Below, one piece after another: positions 17,754 to 27,060 of a DNA stretch of 47,138 bases. The notes beneath the pieces are model-generated. The model was given only the letters and a program-made list of their open reading frames with translations, did no database searches and had not been told where the DNA came from. The position numbers were made by a program, and so were the translations under genes. Within the stretch, counting starts at the first letter, position 1, and every line of letters begins with the position of its first letter. This stretch comes from Candidatus Methanomethylophilaceae archaeon (GTDB taxonomy: Bacteria > Bacteroidota > Bacteroidia > Bacteroidales > UBA932): the NCBI GenBank assembly GCA_963617915.1, contig CAVERO010000001.1, forward strand, positions 1-47,138. Direction: 5' to 3'.

Positions 17754-18770
17754 CTACGGAAGAGCCGGACGGAGGATGTCGGCTATGGCGGCGGTTTCGA
17801 TGAGGAAACCGTCGTGGCCGTAAGGGGTCTCAATCTGGTGATAGCGGGAGCCTGGAACCAGTTCCGAGAGGGGTTTCATGTCCTCGGGAGGGAAAAGTTC
17901 ATCGGAAGACATACAGACGAATGTGCAGTCGGTCCTTATCTTGGACAGTGCGGCGGCGACTCCCCCGCGGCCGCGACCGACGTTGTTGCTGTCAACCTCG
18001 TCACATACATAGAGATAGGAATAGGCGTCCCAGTCCTTGACAAACTTCGAGGTCTGGTGGCGGTAGTAAGAGCCTACCTTGCCGGCGAACACTGTGTCGT
18101 CGCTGTCCTCGTTCTGCTTGAAAAGACCTTCCTCGCAGCGGTAGGTCAGCAGGGCTATGGCGCGGGCGGCCTTCAGTCCCTCCATGCCGCCGTGCAGGTC
18201 ATGGTGTTCCTTGAAGGTCGGGTCGGCTTGAAGAGCCATACGGATGGCGGCGTTGAACCCTGCGAGCCACGGGGTCACGCGGGCTCCGGTGGCGATGAAG
18301 AATATCCTGCCGAACATTCCGGGGCGCATCACAGCCCACTCGAATGACATGAATCCGCCCATCGACGTACCAATCAGCACATCAATTTTCTCTATTCCAA
18401 GATGTTGCCTCAGCAGGTCGAAAGCACGGACGGTGTCCCGGACGGTCACGTGAGGGAATTCGAAATAGTAGGGTCTGCCGGTTTTGGGGTTCGTGGACGC
18501 CGGACTTGACGAGCCGCAGGCCGAGCCGAGGACATTGGCGCAGACCACGAAATATTTCTCCGTGTCAATCAGTTTGCCCGGGCCGACCAGCGCCGGCCAC
18601 CAGGTTCCCTCGGGATTCGAGTCCGCCGTGAGGGCGTGGCAGAGCCAGATGACCTTCCTGTCCCGGGAATATTCAAAAGGCGATGTGTGGTAGGCAACCT
18701 CCAGATTGTCGATGCTTCCTCCGGCCTCGAACTCAAAGGATCCCTTGTGCTTATAGATGTGCTTGATCAT
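17754..18770 (-). CDS. metX: Homoserine O-acetyltransferase (alpha/beta hydrolase fold)
   Basis: CHALT, WWPALVGPGK, GTSMGG and GHDGFLIE motifs. Confidence 0.9.
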   Translation of the reverse strand: MIKHIYKHKGSFEFEAGGSIDNLEVAYHTSPFEYSRDRKVIWLCHALTADSNPEGTWWPALVGPGKLIDTEKYFVVCANVLGSACGSSSPASTNPKTGRPYYFEFPHVTVRDTVRAFDLLRQHLGIEKIDVLIGTSMGGFMSFEWAVMRPGMFGRIFFIATGARVTPWLAGFNAAIRMALQADPTFKEHHDLHGGMEGLKAARAIALLTYRCEEGLFKQNEDSDDTVFAGKVGSYYRHQTSKFVKDWDAYSYLYVCDEVDSNNVGRGRGGVAAALSKIRTDCTFVCMSSDELFPPEDMKPLSELVPGSRYHQIETPYGHDGFLIETAAIADILRPALP

Positions 18771-21474
18771 TGTCTTTCAATGGTGTGAATGAATATCCTT
18801 TCCGGCGCAGCTCCCTGATCAGTCCGGGAAGCTTGTCGTAGAATTTGTCCGTCCTGGCCGGATCCGTGCCGAGGTGAATCAGCATTATGTGGCCGTTGAG
18901 GCCGTCGGGATCCGTCCTTTCATATTCCCAAATCCTGTGGAGTATTTCCTTGCTGCTGAAGTAGCGGCTCATTCCGGGGGTGGTGTAGTCGCCGTTGGTG
19001 AGAGTCCCGGGGGTGTAGTTGATGACTTGCAGGCCGAGCTGGCGGGCCCAGGAAGAGATGGTCGCGTTGTAATGCTCGTAAGGCGGGATGAAGTAAGGCG
19101 CATCGGTGACGCCGAACTCCCGCAGCAGCCTGTAGCTCTTGAACATGTCCTCGTTGAACTCCTGCCTTGTCACCAGCAGGGAATCCCGATTGTCCCAAGG
19201 AGCGTAGAGCAGGTGGCCGTAGGAGTGGCTTCCGACGTAATGCCCTTCGGACACAAGCCGTCTTGCAACATCGGGGTACAGCTCGAAGAACTCTCCGGTG
19301 AAGAAGAATCCGCCCTTGATGTTGTACTTCCGAAGCGTGGAGATGATCTTTTCCGCTCCGTCGTCCTTGTCGGCCGCGGTGAACACAAAGTCTATGTGCT
19401 TGACCGACGGGTCGGTCCGTATTATTCCGCCGTCCTGATAGATGTTATTGTCAGTGGGGGCGGCAATGGAGGCGGCGATGGCATTGGACACCGCGGGCCT
19501 GTCGCTTTGCGACCCTGTCCGGGCGAATGTCCCGCGGCATCCATTGCCACCGCCGCCATCGTGCGATTTACAGGTTTCGCCAGCGGGAAGCACGGGGGCA
19601 TTGGACTTGGCAGTCCATTTACCCGGACAGGGTCGCGAAGCGACAGGACTGCCAAGTCCAATGCCGCCGTGCGCCTCCAAGCAATAAACCCTTCCTTCAC
19701 GCTGATAGTAAGACAACGGGAATGTCAGCGAGGCAGTACCGTCCATGGTAGGCTCGTTGGTGGAATAGTCATGTGTGCTGTCGTGATAGACCAGGTCGCC
19801 CGGCTGGAACTCCTCGTAGTTGATGCCCCCATCTGTGCGGATTCCAAGAAGGCTGCCGAAGATAGTCGCATAGACAGGGCCGTCAACCAGACCTCCCGTG
19901 GTGTTGCCCATCTTGTAGTTGATGATGAAAGAGTGTGGCTGGGTCGGGAATGTTCCGCCCTTCGGAAGCTCCACGATCATGCTCACGCCCCAAGGGTTGC
20001 AGCCCAGAAGCCAGTCGCGCAAAGCCCCCTCCATCTCCTGATAGGTCGTGTCACCGGTCAGTTCACGGTAAAGGATGCACTGGGTCAGCATCGCCGAACT
20101 CAGGTTGTTGGAACACCATATTCCCGGAATGCCGAAGAGGAACGGATGATTCTTCCCCCGCTCATAGACCCTCTGGATTCCGGAGCGGATGTTCCTGACG
20201 AACTCCGCCGAGACCTTGCCCCCGAAGTTCCTCGCTATGCGGTAATGCCCCATGTTCATGAAAGGATACCACTGGTAGTGGCGCGCGCTGTCGGCCCCCA
20301 TCCATGGGGTCACAGGCTCGCGGCGGGCATATTCAATGGCATCTGTCCGGTACTTCGCCTCGCCCGTGCGGCGGAACATCTCGTAGGCCGCCAACTCCAT
20401 GTCATCCACCCAGTTGTCCTCCTCGTAGATGTACGGGGAGACCACCGAGGCAGTCTGGCAGACTCCCGGTTTCGCGACTCCCGCATCGTAGGCGGCCTTC
20501 GCCTTCGCTCCGATCTTCTCTGCGAACTCGGGGTAGAACGGCCTTAGGATCTCCGCCCCGAGAGCGAAGTCGGAGGCGAACTTCCCGGCCGTGCTGGCGA
20601 CTCCCGTGGTCTTGTTCCTGTCCCCGCGTTTTCCTCTCCGCTGAGGCTCGCCGGAGCAGAACCAGACCGGGCGGTACTCCCCTTTCCCCCAACCGTAGTC
20701 TGCCTGATCATCGTTCGGAACACGCATTCCGACGTGGTCGCGGTCATCCGCGATCTGGTTGTACATCTCCCCCGGCTCAGGATTCATCTTGTCCAGCCAC
20801 TTGAGACCCCAATAAATCTCATCGACGATGTCCGGAATCCCGTTCCTGCCGGGAGTGCCGTCAGCCAAGCAATTGTCGGAGAAGGCCTCCGGATTGCTCT
20901 GATAGGCGAACATCATCTGGTAAATCGCATTGGCAGAGGTGGTCGTGTACTGAAGGCAGTCCGAGGCGTCGTGCCATCCGCCCGTCACGTCAAGGAACGT
21001 GCTGTCCTTCCGGGGATCCGGATGCCCGACGATGATCCCATCCTTGCGGTGGCAGATGTCCTTGAAGAAAGGATTCCAGCCGCAGCGCTGCTGACGCATG
21101 TAGTTCAGCACGAAATCCGCCGTGCCGTCATAGACCTTCGGATTAATCGGGAATATCTCCGAGCGGACCCCCGACACCGGTTCTTTAATATAATAGGCTC
21201 CTTCGGCCCGCAATGCGCTGAAATCCAGACGGAAGGTCGTCTTCATCCGTCCGAGCGGCCCGGTAGGCCTTACAACCTCCGATTTCCAGACCACCTCGCC
21301 GGTAAAGGCGTCAACCAATTCAAAGCCGGTGACTTGAACGGCCTCGTCGCTCATGAAGACGGCCACCTTTGTGGCCTGGGGCAGGTAGCCTATCTGATTG
21401 ATTCTGATCCAGGATCCGGCGAACGCCTGAACGGCTGCAAGAACAAGGACGGTTATTGTGGCTAATCTTTTCAT
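18751..21474 (-). CDS. Secreted GH9 glycoside hydrolase fused to a C-terminal polysaccharide deacetylase (CE4/NodB) domain
   Basis: Signal peptide; IRINQIGY, DVTGGWHDASD and YSTNEPT (GH9); FFFTGEF, GSHSYGH, PPYE and LIHLG (NodB). Confidence 0.9.
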   Translation of the reverse strand: MKRLATITVLVLAAVQAFAGSWIRINQIGYLPQATKVAVFMSDEAVQVTGFELVDAFTGEVVWKSEVVRPTGPLGRMKTTFRLDFSALRAEGAYYIKEPVSGVRSEIFPINPKVYDGTADFVLNYMRQQRCGWNPFFKDICHRKDGIIVGHPDPRKDSTFLDVTGGWHDASDCLQYTTTSANAIYQMMFAYQSNPEAFSDNCLADGTPGRNGIPDIVDEIYWGLKWLDKMNPEPGEMYNQIADDRDHVGMRVPNDDQADYGWGKGEYRPVWFCSGEPQRRGKRGDRNKTTGVASTAGKFASDFALGAEILRPFYPEFAEKIGAKAKAAYDAGVAKPGVCQTASVVSPYIYEEDNWVDDMELAAYEMFRRTGEAKYRTDAIEYARREPVTPWMGADSARHYQWYPFMNMGHYRIARNFGGKVSAEFVRNIRSGIQRVYERGKNHPFLFGIPGIWCSNNLSSAMLTQCILYRELTGDTTYQEMEGALRDWLLGCNPWGVSMIVELPKGGTFPTQPHSFIINYKMGNTTGGLVDGPVYATIFGSLLGIRTDGGINYEEFQPGDLVYHDSTHDYSTNEPTMDGTASLTFPLSYYQREGRVYCLEAHGGIGLGSPVASRPCPGKWTAKSNAPVLPAGETCKSHDGGGGNGCRGTFARTGSQSDRPAVSNAIAASIAAPTDNNIYQDGGIIRTDPSVKHIDFVFTAADKDDGAEKIISTLRKYNIKGGFFFTGEFFELYPDVARRLVSEGHYVGSHSYGHLLYAPWDNRDSLLVTRQEFNEDMFKSYRLLREFGVTDAPYFIPPYEHYNATISSWARQLGLQVINYTPGTLTNGDYTTPGMSRYFSSKEILHRIWEYERTDPDGLNGHIMLIHLGTDPARTDKFYDKLPGLIRELRRKGYSFTPLKDNDQAHL
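19471..19672. repeat. Two inverted ~85-bp palindromic units inserted in frame in the GH9-CE4 linker
   Basis: Hairpins at 19471-19557 and 19590-19672; the two loops are near reverse complements of each other. Confidence 0.85.
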
Positions 21475-21513
21475 CTTTCCTAAAGAAGTGGCAAACTTAT
21501 TTTCACTTACTCA

Positions 21514-21585
21514 GAAGCTGTTTTGATTTGTTTGAAATGTTCTTTGAGGTGAAAAATCTTCAAACAAACAATTCAAAACAGCTTC
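21514..21585. mobile_element. 72-bp internally deleted derivative of E1 in the GH9 leader
   Basis: TCA-GAAGCTGTTTTGATTTGTTTG...CAAAACAGCTTC-TCA. Confidence 0.9.
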
Positions 21586-21638
21586 TCAAAAACAGCGGCA
21601 AAATCCGCGGCAGCCATTTTTGCCGCCGACAAAGCCCA

Positions 21639-21687
21639 CAAATTTAGGAAAAATAGCCGTCCGAAACTCAGAAAATGCTTACTTTTG
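21639..21687. promoter_or_regulatory. Divergent -7 promoter elements (GH9 operon / ispF operon)
   Basis: TAAATTTG on minus strand at 21639-46; TACTTTTG on plus strand at 21680-87. Confidence 0.55.
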
Positions 21688-21692
21688 TCTAA

Positions 21693-21855
21693 GAAGCTGT
21701 TTTGGAATGATTCCCGAATCTTATTATGCGGATTATCCGAGACAGTTTCGGCTTCGGAAGAGGGAGCGTAGCAGTAGCTACGTGACCGATGACGAAGATG
21801 AAAATGGCCGGAAAGGCCGTGTAAGAAAAGAGAGGAATCATTCCAAAACAGCTTC
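21693..21855 (+). mobile_element. 163-bp palindromic element E4 (ERIC-like core) in the ispF leader
   Basis: TAA-GAAGCTGTTTTGGAATGATTCC...GGAATCATTCCAAAACAGCTTC-TAA; core GAAGAGGGAG-CGTAGC-agta-GCTACG-TGACCGATGA. Confidence 0.88.
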
Positions 21856-21860
21856 TAAAG

Positions 21861-22349
21861 ATGAAAGGAACAGACATAAGGACAGGCAACGGCTACGATG
21901 TCCACGCCCTCAAGGAGGGGCTGGAGATGTGGCTCTGCGGAATCAAGATCGAAAGCGAAGCCGGCTTCGTGGCCCACTCGGACGGCGATGTGGCCATCCA
22001 CGCCCTTTGCGACGCACTTCTTGGGGCAGCCGCTCTGGGGGACATCGGACTGCATTTTCCCGACAATGACGACAGATGGAAAGGCGTTGACAGCAAACTG
22101 CTTCTGAAGGAAGTGATGGCGATGGTCAGGGCCAAGGGCTATGAGCTCGGCAACGCCGACATCACAATAGCCTTGCAGACCCCGAAACTGAGGCCGTACA
22201 TCGAGGCGATGCGTTCAAAACTCGCCGAAGTGACCGGGACAGACCCGGACAGCATCTCCGTCAAGGCCACAACCACCGAACGCCTCGGATTCGTCGGAAG
22301 GAAGGAAGGTTGCGAAGTCTGGGCGAACGTCTTGATAGTCAAAGAATAA
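21861..22349 (+). CDS. ispF: 2-C-methyl-D-erythritol 2,4-cyclodiphosphate synthase
   Basis: GYDVH, HSDGDV, GDIGLHFP and VKATTTERLGF motifs. Confidence 0.97.
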   Translation: MKGTDIRTGNGYDVHALKEGLEMWLCGIKIESEAGFVAHSDGDVAIHALCDALLGAAALGDIGLHFPDNDDRWKGVDSKLLLKEVMAMVRAKGYELGNADITIALQTPKLRPYIEAMRSKLAEVTGTDPDSISVKATTTERLGFVGRKEGCEVWANVLIVKE

Positions 22350-22363
22350 ACATCATCACACAA

Positions 22364-23785
22364 ATGAAGAGAACCATCACCATCATCTGCGCCGCCCTGT
22401 GCTGCCTCGGTCTGGAAGCCCAGATCAATTTCCCTCCGGCGGAACACTACGCGATTGAGCAAAGCGACATCGACAGGGCGGAAAAGCTTCTGGACACACC
22501 CTTGAAAAAGCCGCTCAAGTACCCGAATCCAAGCAAGGGTGCGCAGTGGTTCCCGGACGCGGGCCTCGGGCTTTTCATGCACTGGGGCATCCACAGCGTG
22601 ATCGGAGCGCAGCCGTCGTGGGCGATGATCGACCACTACCGCTACAACGGCGGCCACAAGCCAAAGGAGCTCTACTACGGACAGGCTCTCAAATTCAACC
22701 CTGAATTCAACGCCGACAAGTACCTTCAGGCGGCAAAGGAAGCCGGCTTCAACTACGCCGTCCTGACGACCCGCCACCACGACGGCTTCTGCCTCTGGCC
22801 GTCCAAGTACGGAATAGGCACAAAGCAGTTCCTGGGAGGACGCGACCTTGTCAAGGAATATGTCGAAGCCTGCCACAGGGCCGGCCTCCGGGTGGGATTC
22901 TACTACTCCCCGCGCGACTGGCTGTACCCTGGCACCTACGACGACAGGTTCTTCGACGAGAAGACCAGAGGTCAGATAGAGGAAATCAAGGATCCTGCCG
23001 TCAGGGAGAAGGAATACGCCAGGATGCTCGGCTACGTGATGGCCCAGATCGAGGAACTGCTGACCCGCTACGGAAAAATCGACATCCTCTGGCTGGACGG
23101 AATGTGGATGATGGGCGTGACCGACCACCACAACGACCAGGTCTATGCCTGGATCCGCTCGCTGCAGCCGGACATAGTCATCAACGACAGATGGTCGAAC
23201 ATCGTGAATCCTGACAATCCCGACGGCACAAGCGTCCGCGTCGGAGACTTCACCACACCTTTCGAGTGCCGGAAACCGACATATTCCCCGTCAGAATGGT
23301 GGGAGCACTGCCACATCTGGACCTGCGGCGGAGGCGGCTGGGGCTACGACAGAACCGGCACCTTCCGCCCGATGAGCTGGTTTTTCGATGAATATGTCGC
23401 CTCGCGCTCGCTGGGAGGCAACTTCCTGCCGAACGCCAGTCCGGACGGCAACGGTAGCATGCATCCGAACTTCTACCGGCAAATCGACTCGCTGAAAGTC
23501 TGGATGTCCCACAGCGCCGAATCCCTGAACGGAGCCGGCCCGACACCGGGGACGCGCCTGAGCAACGTCCCTCTCACCACCCGGGGAAAGAAAATCTGGT
23601 ACGCCCACGTCCTGCCGTCCTTCAAAGGGCAGGTCAGCGTCCTCACCGACAGGAAGCCGAAGTCAGTCATCCTCCTGCGCACCGGCGACCCGGTGAACTA
23701 TGAATATGCCTGCGGAGCCGTGATCTTCAAGCTCCCCGACTCCGCCCGCACAAAAACCGACGATGTCGTCAAAATAAGTTTATAA
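22364..23785 (+). CDS. GH29 alpha-L-fucosidase-family protein (signal peptide)
   Basis: GLFMHWG, TTRHHDGFCLWPS, LWLDG and INDRW motifs. Confidence 0.9.
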   Translation: MKRTITIICAALCCLGLEAQINFPPAEHYAIEQSDIDRAEKLLDTPLKKPLKYPNPSKGAQWFPDAGLGLFMHWGIHSVIGAQPSWAMIDHYRYNGGHKPKELYYGQALKFNPEFNADKYLQAAKEAGFNYAVLTTRHHDGFCLWPSKYGIGTKQFLGGRDLVKEYVEACHRAGLRVGFYYSPRDWLYPGTYDDRFFDEKTRGQIEEIKDPAVREKEYARMLGYVMAQIEELLTRYGKIDILWLDGMWMMGVTDHHNDQVYAWIRSLQPDIVINDRWSNIVNPDNPDGTSVRVGDFTTPFECRKPTYSPSEWWEHCHIWTCGGGGWGYDRTGTFRPMSWFFDEYVASRSLGGNFLPNASPDGNGSMHPNFYRQIDSLKVWMSHSAESLNGAGPTPGTRLSNVPLTTRGKKIWYAHVLPSFKGQVSVLTDRKPKSVILLRTGDPVNYEYACGAVIFKLPDSARTKTDDVVKISL

Positions 23786-23787
23786 AC

Positions 23788-25236
23788 ATGAGTCCTCTCT
23801 CTGTCATTGTCACTGTCTTGGCGTACTTTGCCGTGATGTTCGCCGTATCATGGATTTCTTCCCGGAACGCCGACAACGCGGGATTCTTCAACGGAGGGCG
23901 CAAGGCTCCGTGGTGGATTGTGGCGGTCGCGATGATCGGGGCCCCGATGTCGGGCGTCACCTACGTCTCCGTGCCCGGAATGGTCGGCGTGGGAGGCACG
24001 GCGATGGGCTACATGCAGATGGTGCTGGGCTTTTTCGTGGGCTACCTCATCATAGCCTTCGTCCTCACGCCGGTATTCTTCAAGATGAACATGGTGTCGA
24101 TTTATCAGTACCTTGATGACCGGCTCGGGGTCTCCTCGCACAAGACCGGAGCGTGGTTCTTCTTCATCTCCAAGATTTTAGGGGCGGCCGTGAGACTGTT
24201 CCTCGTCTGCGTGACCCTCCAGCTGATGATCTTCGAGCCGCTCCACCTGCCGTTCATCCTGAACGTGATCATCTCCGTGGCCATCGTACTGCTGTACACA
24301 TTCAGGGGCGGAGTGAAGTCCGTGATCTGGACGGACACGCTTAAGACAGTCTGCATGATCGTGTCCATCGTGCTGGCGATCGTGTTCATCGCCAAGGACC
24401 TGGGGCTGAACTTCTCCGGCGTGGTGCAGACGGTGCGTGAGAGCGAATATTCAAAGATTCTTTTCTTCGATGACGTGAATCATCCCGAATATTTCTGGAA
24501 GCAGTTTCTGGCCGGCGTGTTCACCGTGATCGCGATGACGGGTCTGGACCAGGACATGATGCAGCGCACGCTGAGCAGCCGCAACGCCAAGGATTCACAG
24601 AAGAACCTCATCACCAGCGGCTTGCTGCAGATCCCGGTGATATTCCTGTTCCTCTGCCTGGGAGTTCTATTGTACATATTCGCCGGCCAGAAGGGAATAT
24701 CCGAGGTCGGCGACACCCTGTTCCCCGCGGTTGCGACGGGCGGCTATCTGCCTGCCATCGTGGGAGTTCTGTTCGTGATCGGGCTTGTGTCATGCGCATT
24801 CGCTGCGGGAGGTTCGGCGCTGACCGCGCTGACCACGTCGTTCACCGTGGACATCATCGGCACCAAGGGTAAGAGCGAGGAGCAGGTGACTTCCGTCAGG
24901 AAAAAGGTGCATCTGCTGATGGCTTTCCTGATGGGAGCCGTGATCTTCGTCTTCTATCTGCTGAACACAAAGTCGGCCATCGACGCCGTCTATAAACTGG
25001 CGAGCTACACCTACGGGCCGATTCTGGGAATGTTCGCTTTCGGGATATTCACGAAAAGACAGGTGCGCGACAGATGGGTCCCGCTTGTCGCGGTTGTCGC
25101 GCCTGTCCTGTGCCTCATCCTCCAGAGCAACTCCGAGCGTTGGTTCGGCGGCTACAAGTTCAGCTATGAGCTGCTTCTTTTCAACGCCCTCTTCACCTTC
25201 CTCGGGCTGCTGCTCGTCAGCGGAAAGAAGCGGTGA
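23788..25236 (+). CDS. Sodium:solute symporter (SSS family)
   Basis: Multi-TM protein; GGVKSVIWTD and GLDQDMMQR motifs. Confidence 0.92.
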   Translation: MSPLSVIVTVLAYFAVMFAVSWISSRNADNAGFFNGGRKAPWWIVAVAMIGAPMSGVTYVSVPGMVGVGGTAMGYMQMVLGFFVGYLIIAFVLTPVFFKMNMVSIYQYLDDRLGVSSHKTGAWFFFISKILGAAVRLFLVCVTLQLMIFEPLHLPFILNVIISVAIVLLYTFRGGVKSVIWTDTLKTVCMIVSIVLAIVFIAKDLGLNFSGVVQTVRESEYSKILFFDDVNHPEYFWKQFLAGVFTVIAMTGLDQDMMQRTLSSRNAKDSQKNLITSGLLQIPVIFLFLCLGVLLYIFAGQKGISEVGDTLFPAVATGGYLPAIVGVLFVIGLVSCAFAAGGSALTALTTSFTVDIIGTKGKSEEQVTSVRKKVHLLMAFLMGAVIFVFYLLNTKSAIDAVYKLASYTYGPILGMFAFGIFTKRQVRDRWVPLVAVVAPVLCLILQSNSERWFGGYKFSYELLLFNALFTFLGLLLVSGKKR

Positions 25237-25256
25237 CAGCCTTGGGCGGGCAAGCG

Positions 25257-26942
25257 CTATGCGTCAGGAATGCGGCAGGTGTTGAAAATCGGAAGGGACT
25301 CAAGGACGAACGGGTTGGCCGCAGGGGTGTAGGCGGAGGAAGTCGTGGTGACGAAATCGAGGTAGATTTCGGTCCCGACATCGCTGGCTTCCACAGTATA
25401 GACATACTTGTAGCTCTGGCCATCGATCTGGTCTGTACCGTAAACGTCAGGGTCTGTCTCCTTGGTGATGACATCCAGACGGTTTGTCTGTGCCGCGTCC
25501 ATTCCCTTGGCCGTGATGAGAACCTTGAACGGGCAGTACTGCGCGGGGATGGTCAGAGGGATGTGGAACTTCAGCCTGACTGTCTGGCGTTCCGGACTGC
25601 CGGACGCCGAACCCACGGCGGACGCGGAGGCCGGGGTGAAATCAGCCTCACGGATTGAACAGACCTTGATTCTGCGCTGGAGACCGGACTGCGTCCTCAC
25701 CACGAGCGTGCCCTGACGGAGGTTTTCCGAACCCATAGACCTGATGGCCAAAGTGACGGTTCCTACTCCATCGGCTGCATAGTGGTGCCTGAAGACATCC
25801 TGCGCGACATTGTTACCCTCGGCCCAAAGGACGGAAGGAGTTGCCCCGGCGGCGCCGCCTACGGTGTAGGAATATCCCACATCCAAAGGGAATGGGGAAT
25901 CGGTTCCTTTTATGAACACGAACGTCTTGTCCACGGAAAGTCTCTCGTTACCGCTTTCAATGGTGTTCACCTCGTCGGAAACGGTAGCCCAGACGTTGTT
26001 CGAGGCTATCCCGGCCTTGGCCTCGTCGAAAGAGGCATAAGGATAGTTCAGTTTAGAGCCGAGAGTGAATGTGTAGCGGTGGTTTCTCAGCAGCGGCAGG
26101 TCCCGGCCTTCCGAATCCTGAAGAAGGAGCTTGTAGAACTTGCCGGAGGCCTTGACGATGACTCCTGCCGGAGCGGCAAGATTGACGGAGGTCTCGTAGG
26201 CGTACTGTGCCGGGGCCAGGTCGGAAGCCGTCTGGTCGGTCAGGGTCACTGTCGGCGGCAGGGTAAGGTAGTCCCTTGCGGAAGTGAGCCAGTCGAAGCT
26301 GCCGGAAGTACTGTTGTACGGCGCGACCGTGCCTGTGCCGCCTACGGAGAACAGCGCGATTCCCTCGACGGAGAAATCCGGGACGGAACTGTTGACCACA
26401 ATCTTGGCCATGTTCCGGACGAGCCTCACCGGTCCGGAGGCGAAGGCGTCGGCTATGCTCTGCGTGCCTGTGGCCGCCACTCTGCCCCAATAGACCATCC
26501 TGTCGGCCGTCCCGAGAAGGGTTGCCATCACCTCTGCCTCGGTCTTGCCGGCCGCCGCGCCGGTGTCGAACGAGGAGATGTCCTGGTTGCCGAGCAGATG
26601 AATGACCTTCGACGCTGCCTTGACATAGGCTCTGAAACGACCGGCCAGGTTCGGGTCAGCCTCCGTAGGGGAGGACACGTTCGGGGAATGCTCGTCGGCG
26701 GCCTTGACCTCGATGAGCTTTCCGTTCGAATCGAAGCAGAACAGGACGAGCGACTCCACACCCTTGTCCGCGACAGCCCTTGCCGGAACCGCCCGCATGT
26801 CCGGGGTGGTGACTGAAAAGTCTAAGACAATGCCGTCCTTTTCCGGGAGCGGATCCGGGACAAGATCCCTGACCTGACAGGACGCAAGGACGAGACCGAG
26901 CGTCAGAATCTTATGGATGTTTCTGAATATCATGTTGTTCAT
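25257..26942 (-). CDS. Type V pilus accessory/minor pilin lipoprotein
   Basis: Lipobox LASC; LVLFCFDSNG, IHLLGN, LVRNMAKI and LLRNHRY fimbrillin motifs. Confidence 0.8.
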   Translation of the reverse strand: MNNMIFRNIHKILTLGLVLASCQVRDLVPDPLPEKDGIVLDFSVTTPDMRAVPARAVADKGVESLVLFCFDSNGKLIEVKAADEHSPNVSSPTEADPNLAGRFRAYVKAASKVIHLLGNQDISSFDTGAAAGKTEAEVMATLLGTADRMVYWGRVAATGTQSIADAFASGPVRLVRNMAKIVVNSSVPDFSVEGIALFSVGGTGTVAPYNSTSGSFDWLTSARDYLTLPPTVTLTDQTASDLAPAQYAYETSVNLAAPAGVIVKASGKFYKLLLQDSEGRDLPLLRNHRYTFTLGSKLNYPYASFDEAKAGIASNNVWATVSDEVNTIESGNERLSVDKTFVFIKGTDSPFPLDVGYSYTVGGAAGATPSVLWAEGNNVAQDVFRHHYAADGVGTVTLAIRSMGSENLRQGTLVVRTQSGLQRRIKVCSIREADFTPASASAVGSASGSPERQTVRLKFHIPLTIPAQYCPFKVLITAKGMDAAQTNRLDVITKETDPDVYGTDQIDGQSYKYVYTVEASDVGTEIYLDFVTTTSSAYTPAANPFVLESLPIFNTCRIPDA

Positions 26943-27060
26943 AGACTTTACCGTTACTTTGTTGATGTTTGTCCTTTTCCACTTGGGAAATATGATTATA
27001 TGTTTGCCTGCTTTCTGGTGGCCGCCGCATCAGCGGAAGCGTCCGGGCCGGCGTGACGCT

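Noticed and set aside
18874..20547. 557-aa antisense ORF (likewise 14170-15459, 5544-6422, 22139-23131, 25782-26816)
   Set aside because: Shadow ORFs opposite well-supported genes with high GC3; no recognisable motifs.
21456..22069. Small ORFs 21456-21647, 21620-22069 and 21689-21889
   Set aside because: Chance translations of palindromic elements and of alternative ispF frames.
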